Positions 38,657 through 48,154 of a DNA stretch of 64,000 nt are shown in pieces. Location of the stretch: IMG/VR virus record IMGVR_UViG_3300042197_001803, positions 1 through 64,000 of that record; one strand, 5' to 3'. The notes under the pieces are model-generated. The model made no database searches. It was not told where the DNA came from and saw nothing but the letters and a program-made list of their open reading frames with translations. Both the position numbers and the translations under genes were made by a program. This DNA is from an uncultured virus (IMG/VR IMGVR_UViG_3300042197_001803). Lineage: Duplodnaviria > Heunggongvirae > Uroviricota > Caudoviricetes. The first letter of the stretch is position 1; every line of letters starts with the position of its first letter.

Positions 38657-39250
38657 TTGATGATGGAATCAGGTATTTACATTATCAAAAACATAACTAA
38701 CAACAAAATATATGTTGGTAGTTCTGTTAATATTTCGTCACGAGAATATAAACATTTTTGGATGTTAAAAACAGGTATTCACGATAATCATTATTTACAA
38801 CAATCATATGACAAATATGGTAGGGATTCGTTTATTTTTGAAGTTGCCGAATTGTGCAGTTATGATGACTTAATAATTAAAGAAAATCACTATATTGATT
38901 TGTACCAATCAAATAACCCAAAATACGGATATAATCTAGCTAAAGTTAATGAATTCAGAAGAAACACATATAATGACGAGGTTAAATTAAAATTATCGAC
39001 TTATAATCAAAATAAAAATAACAACTTTAAACAATTTTCATTAACAAATATTGAATCAGGTAATATATTTATATTTGACAATTTAATTGAGGGTGCGAGA
39101 TACTTAATTAACAACGGTTTTGCCAAAGGTATCGAAAGAAATATTAGGATGAAATTATCAGCTTCATTACGCAATAAAAAAGTTAACAACGGTCATAAGG
39201 GTACCATAAGAAAAACTTGTTATAAACATAAATTCAATATAATAAACTAA
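38657..39250 (+). CDS. GIY-YIG homing endonuclease
   Basis: SGIYIIKN...IYVGSS...R...H..HYLQ...YN. Confidence 0.9.
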   Translation: MMMESGIYIIKNITNNKIYVGSSVNISSREYKHFWMLKTGIHDNHYLQQSYDKYGRDSFIFEVAELCSYDDLIIKENHYIDLYQSNNPKYGYNLAKVNEFRRNTYNDEVKLKLSTYNQNKNNNFKQFSLTNIESGNIFIFDNLIEGARYLINNGFAKGIERNIRMKLSASLRNKKVNNGHKGTIRKTCYKHKFNIIN

Positions 39251-39267
39251 ATTAAAAATTAAAAATT

Positions 39268-39438
39268 ATGGGCGGATGCGGATGCAAAAACAAATCAAAT
39301 AACACTCAACAAAGTGTATCATCACAACAACCAAGTCAAAATCAAACCTTGTCTCAAGTTCAAGCTCAACAAACACAGAACGCTTCGATTCAAGAATCAA
39401 TTCGTAAGGTTGTTGAAAAGTATTACAATAAAAAATAA
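39268..39438 (+). CDS. small Gln-rich protein with N-terminal GCGC (56 aa, not in ORF track)
   Basis: MGGCGCKNKSNNTQQ...IRKVVEKYYNKK; A-rich start context; terminator at 39462-39483. Confidence 0.75.
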   Translation: MGGCGCKNKSNNTQQSVSSQQPSQNQTLSQVQAQQTQNASIQESIRKVVEKYYNKK

Positions 39439-39461
39439 TACTTGGTGATTTTATCGTATTG

Positions 39462-39483
39462 AAGGGGCTTTACGCCCCTTTTT
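39462..39483 (+). terminator. intrinsic terminator
   Basis: AAGGGGC-TTTAC-GCCCCTT-TTT. Confidence 0.85.
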
Positions 39484-39532
39484 CTATTTATACATTTAAT
39501 TTTTTTTATTATCCTTAATAAAAAATAACTTT

Positions 39533-40339
39533 ATGAATTTTATAAATTTAAAATCTAATAGAGGGTTGGTTAATTTATTGGCGGATTTTATTCTATTAGA
39601 AATTAATGAAAATGAAAAATACGACACAATAATTGAGGTCTCTGATTTTGGTAGATTTTTTGTCGTTAATGGAATGACCTCAAGAAAAGATGTAATTAAT
39701 TTGTCTGAAGTTACTGTTAAATTTAAAAAAGAATATGAAGATTTGATGACCTTACTAGGTTATGAAGAATTAAATGTAATTGACCTTATAATATACGGTA
39801 ATGAATTATCTAAAAAAAATGAATTTTGGTTTACTTACTATGATACAGAAAGACCTGTATATAGCAGAAAAACAATAGATTTAACTTCCACAAATTTAAA
39901 ATACCAAAAAATAAATAATAACAGTATTGAATTAGATTTTTCTGAGAATACCACAGAAGGTTTGGGGGTTTTTACGTACTCACCATTAAACATAACTTCT
40001 GAATTCCCTTACGGTCATAGTTTTAACATGGGTAGAAATTTTTACTATTATTCAGAGTATATTTGTAATCATTTGTTTACAATGTTAATGTGTGATGAAA
40101 TTAGCTTTAAATGTTCAATTAATAAAGATTTAAATGATGATTATAATATCGACATAATTTCAAATTCAATATATAAAAAAGAAAAAATAAAATCACTTAT
40201 ATTAGATGTTTTTGACTTTAACTTAGGTAAATTCAAAAACAAAATTTCAGGGTATAACTATATCGAAGATATAACTAAACCTTTGGAAAAAAAACCTTGG
40301 TTGGTTAAAGATGAAATAAAAAATATGTTAATGTTTTAA
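39533..40339 (+). CDS. degenerate S-adenosylmethionine synthetase (MetK)-like protein
   Basis: segments echo MetK N- and C-terminal domains but catalytic motifs are absent. Confidence 0.45.
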   Translation: MNFINLKSNRGLVNLLADFILLEINENEKYDTIIEVSDFGRFFVVNGMTSRKDVINLSEVTVKFKKEYEDLMTLLGYEELNVIDLIIYGNELSKKNEFWFTYYDTERPVYSRKTIDLTSTNLKYQKINNNSIELDFSENTTEGLGVFTYSPLNITSEFPYGHSFNMGRNFYYYSEYICNHLFTMLMCDEISFKCSINKDLNDDYNIDIISNSIYKKEKIKSLILDVFDFNLGKFKNKISGYNYIEDITKPLEKKPWLVKDEIKNMLMF

Positions 40340-40860
40340 ACTCTTTTTGAATATGAAACTACTTGATAGAAATCTTTTTCACCATCACAATAACTTTTAA
40401 CTAAATTAAGTAGGTTTTTAAACATAAATGCACCAGGTGCTTGTTTTTCACACTTAATAAATAATTCAATCATGGCTGAGATAAAGTCGATTTTGAAGGC
40501 ACCTAAATTATCCAAAGAAAAATAAGAGTCGGTAAAATAGTCGTTATAAATTAACTCATAATTATTACGTTCTTCTACACTATTAAATGGTTCCATTATT
40601 TCATATATGTCTAACCATTCATTTACATATCTACCAACCTCTTCAGAATCGTGTTCGCATTTAACAATTAAATCAACAATCCAGTGAGTGTGTGATGGTG
40701 CTCTTAATCTAGATTTAGGTGTTTTATATTTTACAATATAATCTAAATCAGGATTGTGTCCACGACTACCTTGATATATTGCGATTGTACCACCATCAGA
40801 CAATTCCCAACTTTTTAAAGGATTGTGTAAAATACCATTTTTTCTAAAAGATAAAGACAT
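40336..40860 (-). CDS. hypothetical protein
   Basis: 174 aa; RLRAPSHTHWIVDL; TAAATTTG at 40865-40872. Confidence 0.75.
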   Translation of the reverse strand: MSLSFRKNGILHNPLKSWELSDGGTIAIYQGSRGHNPDLDYIVKYKTPKSRLRAPSHTHWIVDLIVKCEHDSEEVGRYVNEWLDIYEIMEPFNSVEERNNYELIYNDYFTDSYFSLDNLGAFKIDFISAMIELFIKCEKQAPGAFMFKNLLNLVKSYCDGEKDFYQVVSYSKRV

Positions 40861-40909
40861 ATTGCAAATTTAATATTTTTTTTGATAAAATAAAATCCCT
40901 CTCGGGATT

Positions 40910-41194
40910 TTATTTTGTAAAGTGTTCTTTAATTATGTTAACACCCTCATCAATTTCGTTGTAATCTCTTTCAGGTGCAAACAAATAAGTTTTTGGATTT
41001 CCATCAGGTGATTCAACAATCATAAAGGAAGGTACATAATCGTTTTCAGTCACTTCAACGAATAGATTGTACTCATCTTCATATTCATCAATATCTCTAT
41101 CAACAAATTCAATACCAGCCTCATTAAGTTTTTCTTTCATTTCAACACAATAAGGACATCCTTTCATTGTGAATATAACCAGTAGTTTATCCAT
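40910..41194 (-). CDS. glutaredoxin-like protein
   Basis: GCPYC, YVP. Confidence 0.85.
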   Translation of the reverse strand: MDKLLVIFTMKGCPYCVEMKEKLNEAGIEFVDRDIDEYEDEYNLFVEVTENDYVPSFMIVESPDGNPKTYLFAPERDYNEIDEGVNIIKEHFTK

Positions 41195-41510
41195 TCAAAA
41201 CATTATTTACCACATCTTTTATCATACTTTCCATAAGAACACCTGACTTAGAAAATACTTCTTGTCCGTTGTTAAAACCTTTAACGGTTGGGATTGCTCT
41301 AATACCTAAACTAGATGATAATTCTCTATTCTCTTCTACATTTAGTGTGTACATTTTAACGTCTGAACCTTCAGTGTTAACTTCACTAGCAACCGACTCA
41401 AAGATAGGTTTCATTAATTTACAGGGTCCGCACCACGGTGCCCAAAAATCAACTACTAGTTTTTCGCCATTGGCAATTTTTTCGCTTAATAATTCTTGTG
41501 TAATTTCCAT
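41187..41510 (-). CDS. trxA: thioredoxin
   Basis: VDFWAPWCGPCK, IRAIPT. Confidence 0.95.
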   Translation of the reverse strand: MEITQELLSEKIANGEKLVVDFWAPWCGPCKLMKPIFESVASEVNTEGSDVKMYTLNVEENRELSSSLGIRAIPTVKGFNNGQEVFSKSGVLMESMIKDVVNNVLNG

Positions 41511-41514
41511 TTTT

Positions 41515-41832
41515 TTAATTAGTTTTTTTTAAATTATGAATAGTGAAATCAACGATATTTGACTTGTCGTTTCCACTTAATATAAATATAGTATTACCAT
41601 GTTTAATGTAAAATAAAATACCAGTCGCATCATATTCTAATAGAATATCATTGTATGTTATATTACCGTCTGAATCAACCTTTTTAACCTCCCATAGTTT
41701 ATGGTATTTTTTTATTGATTTTTCAATGAAATCTTCAGGTTTATATGGTGGTTCAACTAAACATATTGAAGGGTAAGTTTTATATTTTCTTACAAATGTT
41801 TCAATACAAAACTGCGGTATATCATTAATCAT
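41515..41832 (-). CDS. hypothetical protein
   Basis: 105-aa ORF. Confidence 0.65.
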   Translation of the reverse strand: MINDIPQFCIETFVRKYKTYPSICLVEPPYKPEDFIEKSIKKYHKLWEVKKVDSDGNITYNDILLEYDATGILFYIKHGNTIFILSGNDKSNIVDFTIHNLKKTN

Positions 41833-41856
41833 TATTTATAAATTTAATAAACTATT

Positions 41857-43602
41857 TTAAAAAAAGAAACCTAATTCGTTGGCTAATGAGTTATTATTAC
41901 ATATGTTTTCTGTGTCCCACTTTAACCCAATAAGTTTTTCACCTGAAGGAATGTTATATCTAAGCCTGTCATCATTATCAACAACTAGTTTTGTGTAAAA
42001 TTTTCTAGCTCCAACTTCAAGAATTGCCGATGGTAATTCAAATTTATTTTTATCCACCAAATCGTCAAGTCTTTTATCTAAACACTCTAAAGTATAGTCC
42101 CATGTCTCATCAAGTTTGTTGTTAAACCTACCTAAACTCTGTACTCTAGCGAGTTTAATAACTCTTTCACCATTATGCCAAATTTTATATTCAATAGTTG
42201 CCCTGTCTTTACTTTCAACATCATTTTTTCTTAGTGATACAATAACAGAACTTTCTCTTCTCAAATACGTTTTAACACAGTTTGATTGAATAAAAGATTC
42301 ATAGTTATATTCTCTTGAGTCGGTTAGTAATTTAGAATATACCACACCGTATTTAGTCAGAATAGGAACCTCAACAGTTTTTTTAAACTCATCAGAATAT
42401 AATCTCTTGAAATTACCATTATTATAACTTTCCAGTTTTTCAGTCCAGTTATAATGTTCGTCCAAAAAAGAATCATAATTATTTGATTTCCACTTAACAT
42501 TTTCAATAGGTCTTAATCTATTTAAGAATCTAATATGGTCAAAAAAAGTGTTGATGTTTATCTCACCAATCAATACTAATTTAAATATCTCAAAAGCATT
42601 GTGTTTTTCTTTTGGGTTATCCAACAAATATTGAGAGGTACAATCAACCCCATGATAAATTTGAGTCTCAATTATTTTCTTAATAACATTATCGTCTTGG
42701 GATAGTATGTAATCTTTACCAAATATACTAAATGTGGCATCTAACCCACCAATCTCAATAGATTCTACTTTGTGTAAAACTCTTTTTAATTTATCACCAC
42801 TAAGTTTTCTCATACCCATAAAAGTATCAATAAACTTATTTTTATACTTTTTTAAATCTTTTTTAGTTGGTGCAGGGTATAAATTTCTAAACGAAGACCA
42901 GTTATTAGAGTATTTTATGTTGTTATTATCCAAATATAATTTATAGATTAAATCATCATCGGATAAATTAGGGGTCTGACTTATGTTTAATTTTTTGAAA
43001 AATACATTGAATATTTCCGAAGCTGAGTAAACCGCGGGATGTTCAATTAGTTCACCTGAAGAAAAATTAATTTGTTTTGGTAAATAACTACCAATCACAT
43101 TTCTAATATATATTTTCATTTCTGCACATGGTGACTTCCAAAAGGAGTTTTTACGCATTGCTTTTGAAAATTTTCTTTTCTTGTGGTAATTAGTAATGTG
43201 CCCTGAGTAAAACGTATTTGTTTTAGAGTTGAACCCGATGTATTTTAAATGAGTTTTAACTCTAAAATATTTAGAACCAGCAATTCTAACTCTAGAGTAA
43301 TCAAAAACTTTAATAACTGTTTTACCTTCGTTCTGTTCAACAAATATAGTAGTCCTTGACATCTCAACTCTAGCTAAAGGATTACCATAATTTTCTAAAA
43401 AATCACTTTCCTTATCTGATTTTGATAGTAAAGTAAATTTACGATTGTAATAATCATGTACAGGACCTACTAAATCATCAAATAATGAATCAACATCATT
43501 AGTTTCAATATTTTTAATTCTTTTAGGTTTATATTCGTTGTAGTTCTGAAATATTGACGTAGAATGTCTTACTAACACTTTAGTATATAATGTCTCCTTC
43601 AT
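41857..43602 (-). CDS. PcfJ-like domain protein
   Basis: EYNYESFIQSNCVKTY...SLR...RATIE...QSLGRFN C-terminal motif. Confidence 0.7.
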   Translation of the reverse strand: MKETLYTKVLVRHSTSIFQNYNEYKPKRIKNIETNDVDSLFDDLVGPVHDYYNRKFTLLSKSDKESDFLENYGNPLARVEMSRTTIFVEQNEGKTVIKVFDYSRVRIAGSKYFRVKTHLKYIGFNSKTNTFYSGHITNYHKKRKFSKAMRKNSFWKSPCAEMKIYIRNVIGSYLPKQINFSSGELIEHPAVYSASEIFNVFFKKLNISQTPNLSDDDLIYKLYLDNNNIKYSNNWSSFRNLYPAPTKKDLKKYKNKFIDTFMGMRKLSGDKLKRVLHKVESIEIGGLDATFSIFGKDYILSQDDNVIKKIIETQIYHGVDCTSQYLLDNPKEKHNAFEIFKLVLIGEININTFFDHIRFLNRLRPIENVKWKSNNYDSFLDEHYNWTEKLESYNNGNFKRLYSDEFKKTVEVPILTKYGVVYSKLLTDSREYNYESFIQSNCVKTYLRRESSVIVSLRKNDVESKDRATIEYKIWHNGERVIKLARVQSLGRFNNKLDETWDYTLECLDKRLDDLVDKNKFELPSAILEVGARKFYTKLVVDNDDRLRYNIPSGEKLIGLKWDTENICNNNSLANELGFFF

Positions 43603-43656
43603 ATCGTAAATTTAATTAAAATAAGAGGGAGAGTCAATCTCTCCCCCAATCACAAT

Positions 43657-44412
43657 TTAACACATCTCCTCAGCAAGTTCCCAAAGTTTGGTGTTAATCT
43701 GACTAACCGCCAAGATGTTTTTCAACCCTTTGAGTTCTGTTTTTCTACCTGAATTTGAGGTATATTTCAAACCACCTTTAACAAAGTTCTCTTGAATTAC
43801 GTTGAAGGTTGTCCAAACATCTTTACCCATGTCAGCCTCTCTTTTTGGGTGAACGATAGACATAACATCAAGGGCTGTTGGTACACTACCACTTTTCCAA
43901 CGAAGGTTAATTGCTCGTTTGATGAAAGTAATCCTTTCTTTATCGGTCATTACCTTGTTCATCATTTTACTAACAGAATTTTCAATCAAAGGTAATCTTG
44001 AGGCGAAACTTTCAGTCAATTTTTTCGCATCATCCAAATCAAATCTTTGGTGCTTAACATTAAAAGATTCAGAAACTGAAGTAGGTACTGTCAACCCATT
44101 ACTACAAACAAGTCGGTGTAAGCCAGCACTTACTGAAAATGTTGCCATACCATTGTGAGAATTGCGAATAATCGCTTCAACCAATGAATCACCTACTTTA
44201 GGTAGCTCGCCATTACGGAATCTTAATTCGTGAACTGAATGTACACCTTTACCAATTTGTTTAACTGATGACACATTCCAACCTTGTTTTTCAAAGTTTT
44301 CCAAAATTTCCACGGTAGGTACAAATACGTACCTGTTAGACATTTTAGTTGATGGTGATGTTGCAAATACTGATGGTGCAATCTCTTTAATAAGTTCAGG
44401 TGTATAAATCAT
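43657..44412 (-). CDS. DUF932/DUF945 family protein
   Basis: APSVFA, SNRYVFVPT, NSHNG, RLVCSNGL, DVWTTFNVIQEN, NTKLWELA; TATCTTTG at 44436-44443. Confidence 0.85.
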   Translation of the reverse strand: MIYTPELIKEIAPSVFATSPSTKMSNRYVFVPTVEILENFEKQGWNVSSVKQIGKGVHSVHELRFRNGELPKVGDSLVEAIIRNSHNGMATFSVSAGLHRLVCSNGLTVPTSVSESFNVKHQRFDLDDAKKLTESFASRLPLIENSVSKMMNKVMTDKERITFIKRAINLRWKSGSVPTALDVMSIVHPKREADMGKDVWTTFNVIQENFVKGGLKYTSNSGRKTELKGLKNILAVSQINTKLWELAEEMC

Positions 44413-44467
44413 ATCAATTATTTTTAATTACATCACAAAGATAGTAATTAATTTTGATATAACAAAG

Positions 44468-44755
44468 TTAGTTTAAACAAAATTGCCCGAACTTTGTATC
44501 TTGAAATAATTTGTTGGTTTTTTCTACTAATATATCATTCTTTTGGACTTTGAGTAGTCCTCCAACAATTTCAATAATTTGAGACCTTGTTAGGGAAACG
44601 TCATCACCTTTTTCAATGTTAATATAACACTGTTCTTTGACTTTATTAAAAAAATCATCTTTATTAATATCACCAATTAATTCTGTAAGAGAACTTGGAT
44701 TTTTTTCAAAAAAAGAAATAAATTGATTTAAGTATATTTCAACATCTACATTCAT
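44468..44755 (-). CDS. hypothetical protein
   Basis: 95-aa ORF. Confidence 0.7.
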   Translation of the reverse strand: MNVDVEIYLNQFISFFEKNPSSLTELIGDINKDDFFNKVKEQCYINIEKGDDVSLTRSQIIEIVGGLLKVQKNDILVEKTNKLFQDTKFGQFCLN

Positions 44756-44790
44756 ACGTAAATAATTTTTATTGTTATACCTAACAATAA

Positions 44791-46173
44791 TTAATTTACA
44801 TAATAAAATCCATTACCCTCATCAGATAATTTTTCTTTTAACCTTTCAGGTATTTTTATATTACTGTTTGTACCTGCTAAGTTAATGAACGCCAATCCAG
44901 GAATGTCCGCAATTGATTCAGGTAAACTTTCAAGGTTAGTGTTATTAGGTAAAGCCAAGAAGTTTAATGATTTTAAATTACCGATACTATTAGGTAATTT
45001 TTTAACAATATTTTGTAAAAGTAATGCCTGTAAATTAGTAAATCTACTTAATGTTTCAGGAACATCTAAAGCAATATTTTCTTTAGACTTATTATTGATT
45101 AGTAAGTGTTCAATATCTTCAGGTAAACTTTCAAATAACTCATCAAAACCGTAAAGAGCAACAAATTTACCTGCAGAACTGTCAGGATAATTAATCTCAA
45201 CTTTATTACCGCCTTTATTAACCAATCCTTTAGCAAATTCAGGTTTGAAAAAGTCTTTAAGTTCTTTCATCGGACCATTTAACATTTCAACCAAATTAAT
45301 TTGTCTGTCATGTCTGTCCATGTATTGGTTTGACGGGAAGTGGAATTGATATCTTTCTTGTGGAAGACCTGTTTTCTTACCAACTTGACCCTTATCATCA
45401 TTAGGGAATACAACATATAATGGACCATCTTTAATATAACCATTAAAATAAGTTAATCCAGGTGATGATGTACACCATCTAGACTCACCTTGGTCATATT
45501 CGTGAAATCCACCATACCAAATAGCCGCATCTTTACCAATTTGACCTTGGTCAGAAACTTTAATTAAAGTCCAATTTGGACCTTCATATATAATTTCACC
45601 ACCAGCATGGTTAAATCCTTGTCTTGTTTTTTTAGCTTCTTTTTTCTCTAACTCAGCCTTTTTCTTTTCAGGGATTTGGAAATCTTTAAGAGTATCAAAT
45701 AAAGTTTCTACTGTAAATTTATTGATGTCTCTTTGGTCTTGAGGTAAGTATTGTTTAGCTCTTTCAAATTTAGATAGGTCACTAGTAACCTTATATAAAT
45801 CCTCCATGAATAAATCTCTAGCTCTTTGAACGGCTCTTTTATATTCAGGTGAACGAAAATCGTACTCTTTTTCTTCAGGAGTTAAAGGGATGTTCACAAA
45901 GTTTTTAAGTAACCATTGGGAATACTTACCAACTTTAACTTTTTCCATATCATCAACACTAATTGTATCAATATCACCAAGACCCTCGGGTACTCTAGTT
46001 GTTGGGTCAGCAAAAACAATCGCCTTAAGAGTTTCAAAATCAATAACTCCTTTAGGTTTTTTCTCACCTTCAACACCTTTAGCTTTAGCAGCTGGTTTAA
46101 CTAACTTATCGTATAATACCTTGAATCTCGACTGTTCAACAATCAAATTGGATAACAAATCTGTAAATCTCAT
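44791..46173 (-). CDS. protein with WCT motif domain and C-terminal leucine-rich repeats
   Basis: RWCTSSPG..YF..Y...GPLY; LPNSIGNLKSLNFLAL / LPESIADI; TATTTAT at 46191-46197. Confidence 0.75.
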   Translation of the reverse strand: MRFTDLLSNLIVEQSRFKVLYDKLVKPAAKAKGVEGEKKPKGVIDFETLKAIVFADPTTRVPEGLGDIDTISVDDMEKVKVGKYSQWLLKNFVNIPLTPEEKEYDFRSPEYKRAVQRARDLFMEDLYKVTSDLSKFERAKQYLPQDQRDINKFTVETLFDTLKDFQIPEKKKAELEKKEAKKTRQGFNHAGGEIIYEGPNWTLIKVSDQGQIGKDAAIWYGGFHEYDQGESRWCTSSPGLTYFNGYIKDGPLYVVFPNDDKGQVGKKTGLPQERYQFHFPSNQYMDRHDRQINLVEMLNGPMKELKDFFKPEFAKGLVNKGGNKVEINYPDSSAGKFVALYGFDELFESLPEDIEHLLINNKSKENIALDVPETLSRFTNLQALLLQNIVKKLPNSIGNLKSLNFLALPNNTNLESLPESIADIPGLAFINLAGTNSNIKIPERLKEKLSDEGNGFYYVN

Positions 46174-46215
46174 ATCAGTTTCTTTTACAAATAAATATCA
46201 ATAAAATCAAAAATA

Positions 46216-47064
46216 TTAGTAATTCATAATTAAAAGTTCCTCACCCATGTTTTGAGTCTTTCCTTTTTTAGCCGCAGCCGCTTTAGCAAATTCTTTTTTC
46301 TCCCATCGATAAGTCTCTTCAGGGAACCATTCGTGTAAAAGTGGGAAATCATAATAAGACAAACTAAACTTGCCTTTAATACTATGTAATACATTAGCGA
46401 GTCGTTCATGGTCGTTTCTATTAAAATCATGGTTTGAATAATAATCCCCCTCACCGACAGAAAAATAAGGTGGGTCAACATAAAAATAAGTCGTAGGATT
46501 ATCATACTTTTCAATTACCTCTTGAAAATCCATGTTTTCCACAAAAGTAATTTTTTCAAACATTTTTTGCCACTCCGATTTTTTTAATTTATTCATAAAT
46601 GAAGTAAATTTTGAATGATACTTACCTTTTAAATCAATAAATTTTGATTTGGATGGGTTAGCTCCTGAAAATACCTGTGTTAAAACATAAACATATTTTG
46701 CGGCAGTAACATAATCGTAAGGTTCTACTCTGAAATCCTCCGAGAATATTTCATCCTGAAACCTGTTGAATTGTTCAACACATACGGGATTAGTTGGATA
46801 CACCCCTTTTTCCTGAACCACTAATCTCTCACACTCATCCAAAAGTCGTTGGTGGTTTTTAATACATGTATATAAATTATAATTTAAAGGGTTTATATCG
46901 TTATAAACTACCGTTTTTAAATTTGGATATTTATCTAAATCCATATTAAAAAAACACCAAAACATTCCACCAAATGTTTCTACGTATGTTTCCATGTCTT
47001 TTGGATAAAATTCATTTATCCATTTTCCTATTCTACTTTTACCACCAATATAACTTAATGCCAT
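46216..47064 (-). CDS. dam: DNA adenine methyltransferase (D12/Dam family)
   Basis: YIGGKS, YVETFGG, YNDIN, FYVDPPY. Confidence 0.9.
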   Translation of the reverse strand: MALSYIGGKSRIGKWINEFYPKDMETYVETFGGMFWCFFNMDLDKYPNLKTVVYNDINPLNYNLYTCIKNHQRLLDECERLVVQEKGVYPTNPVCVEQFNRFQDEIFSEDFRVEPYDYVTAAKYVYVLTQVFSGANPSKSKFIDLKGKYHSKFTSFMNKLKKSEWQKMFEKITFVENMDFQEVIEKYDNPTTYFYVDPPYFSVGEGDYYSNHDFNRNDHERLANVLHSIKGKFSLSYYDFPLLHEWFPEETYRWEKKEFAKAAAAKKGKTQNMGEELLIMNY

Positions 47065-47067
47065 AAC

Positions 47068-47751
47068 TTATTTTTTTCTATATTTTTGTTTATTTTTTAT
47101 TGTTTCAATTACTTCGTCAAATATAAGTCTTTTTCTTTGAAGAAAAAAGTTTGAGTCAAAATAAAATCCGTAATATATATTTTCAATGTCTTTCATTCCT
47201 GACCATCCAATAAATTTATATTCTTTATTTTTTGGTCCGTATAATTTGTTAATGTTTGTACCAAACAATAAATTCATTCTTTCATTAATGTTGTTTAACA
47301 TATCCAAAGACCCTCCAACAATTTTTAAATCACCTCTTTGTGAACCATCTCTTTTATCGGTATTAATTCTTATACATCCATCACCATCAAAATAACCTCT
47401 TAAAAAATGTCTTTCAAATTTTTCATTGATTTGAGGATATTTTACAGAAAATGTTTTATTTTGTAATACACCCAATTTTTCTAAATCATTAATTATTTTT
47501 TTTCCAGACATAAAAACTTCACAAGTTTCTCTTTTTTTGTTTTTCCAAACATTCATTTCACCGTCAATGGATTTAATAAATTTCTCTAAGATACCAACAT
47601 CTTTACTATGTAATTTTAAAGTTAATTGATATCGGTGTTTTTTTGGGTCGTTGGTTACGCACCCATCCGCAAATATAAATCCCAAAAAGTAAGCTTTTTC
47701 TTCACTGTCTATAGTTTCAAAATAATTTTCATTATATATTTTTTTTCTCAT
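47068..47751 (-). CDS. two-motif LAGLIDADG homing endonuclease
   Basis: AYFLGFIFADGC and HFLRGYFDGDGC. Confidence 0.9.
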   Translation of the reverse strand: MRKKIYNENYFETIDSEEKAYFLGFIFADGCVTNDPKKHRYQLTLKLHSKDVGILEKFIKSIDGEMNVWKNKKRETCEVFMSGKKIINDLEKLGVLQNKTFSVKYPQINEKFERHFLRGYFDGDGCIRINTDKRDGSQRGDLKIVGGSLDMLNNINERMNLLFGTNINKLYGPKNKEYKFIGWSGMKDIENIYYGFYFDSNFFLQRKRLIFDEVIETIKNKQKYRKK

Positions 47752-47887
47752 AATACTCTTTAACTAAATTTTGAATAAACTTAGAGATACTAATTTCCTC
47801 AGTTTTCATTTTATCAAATAGATGTCGGTCAATACTAATTCCGTATTTAACTTTTTTATCTTTGTTTTCTTTCTTTGGTCGTCCCAT
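47732..47887 (-). CDS. small ribbon-helix-helix-like DNA-binding protein (51 aa, not in ORF track)
   Basis: MGRPKKENKDKKVKYGISIDRHLFDKMKTEEISISKFIQNLVKEY; TATTTAT at 47893-47899. Confidence 0.65.
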   Translation of the reverse strand: MGRPKKENKDKKVKYGISIDRHLFDKMKTEEISISKFIQNLVKEYYEKKNI

Positions 47888-48007
47888 ATATAATAAATAT
47901 CACAAAATATATTAAAAGTGCGTTAAAAAACAAATAAATTAAGAATTATTTTTATTGTTTTACTTTATTGATTGTTTTTTCTATTTTTAAAATAAATTAA
48001 TATTGAT

Positions 48008-48154
48008 ATGGAAACGACAGAAAAAAAGAAATGTAAAAGTTGTAGAAAATTCACTTCATACCATTGGTCATTGGTTGTGATTTCTTTCTATATTTTGTTT
48101 GCCGCGGTTTACGGTACAATAAAATTAGTAAAAGAACTTATGTTATTGTTTTAA
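48008..48154 (+). CDS. small CxxC membrane protein (48 aa, not in ORF track)
   Basis: [14 protein letters not shown] + hydrophobic helix. Confidence 0.6.
   Translation: METTEKKKCKSCRKFTSYHWSLVVISFYILFAAVYGTIKLVKELMLLF

Noticed and set aside
47068-47751. LAGLIDADG as intein or intron-encoded
   Set aside because: Free-standing ORF with own start and stop; no intein termini; flanking genes are not split
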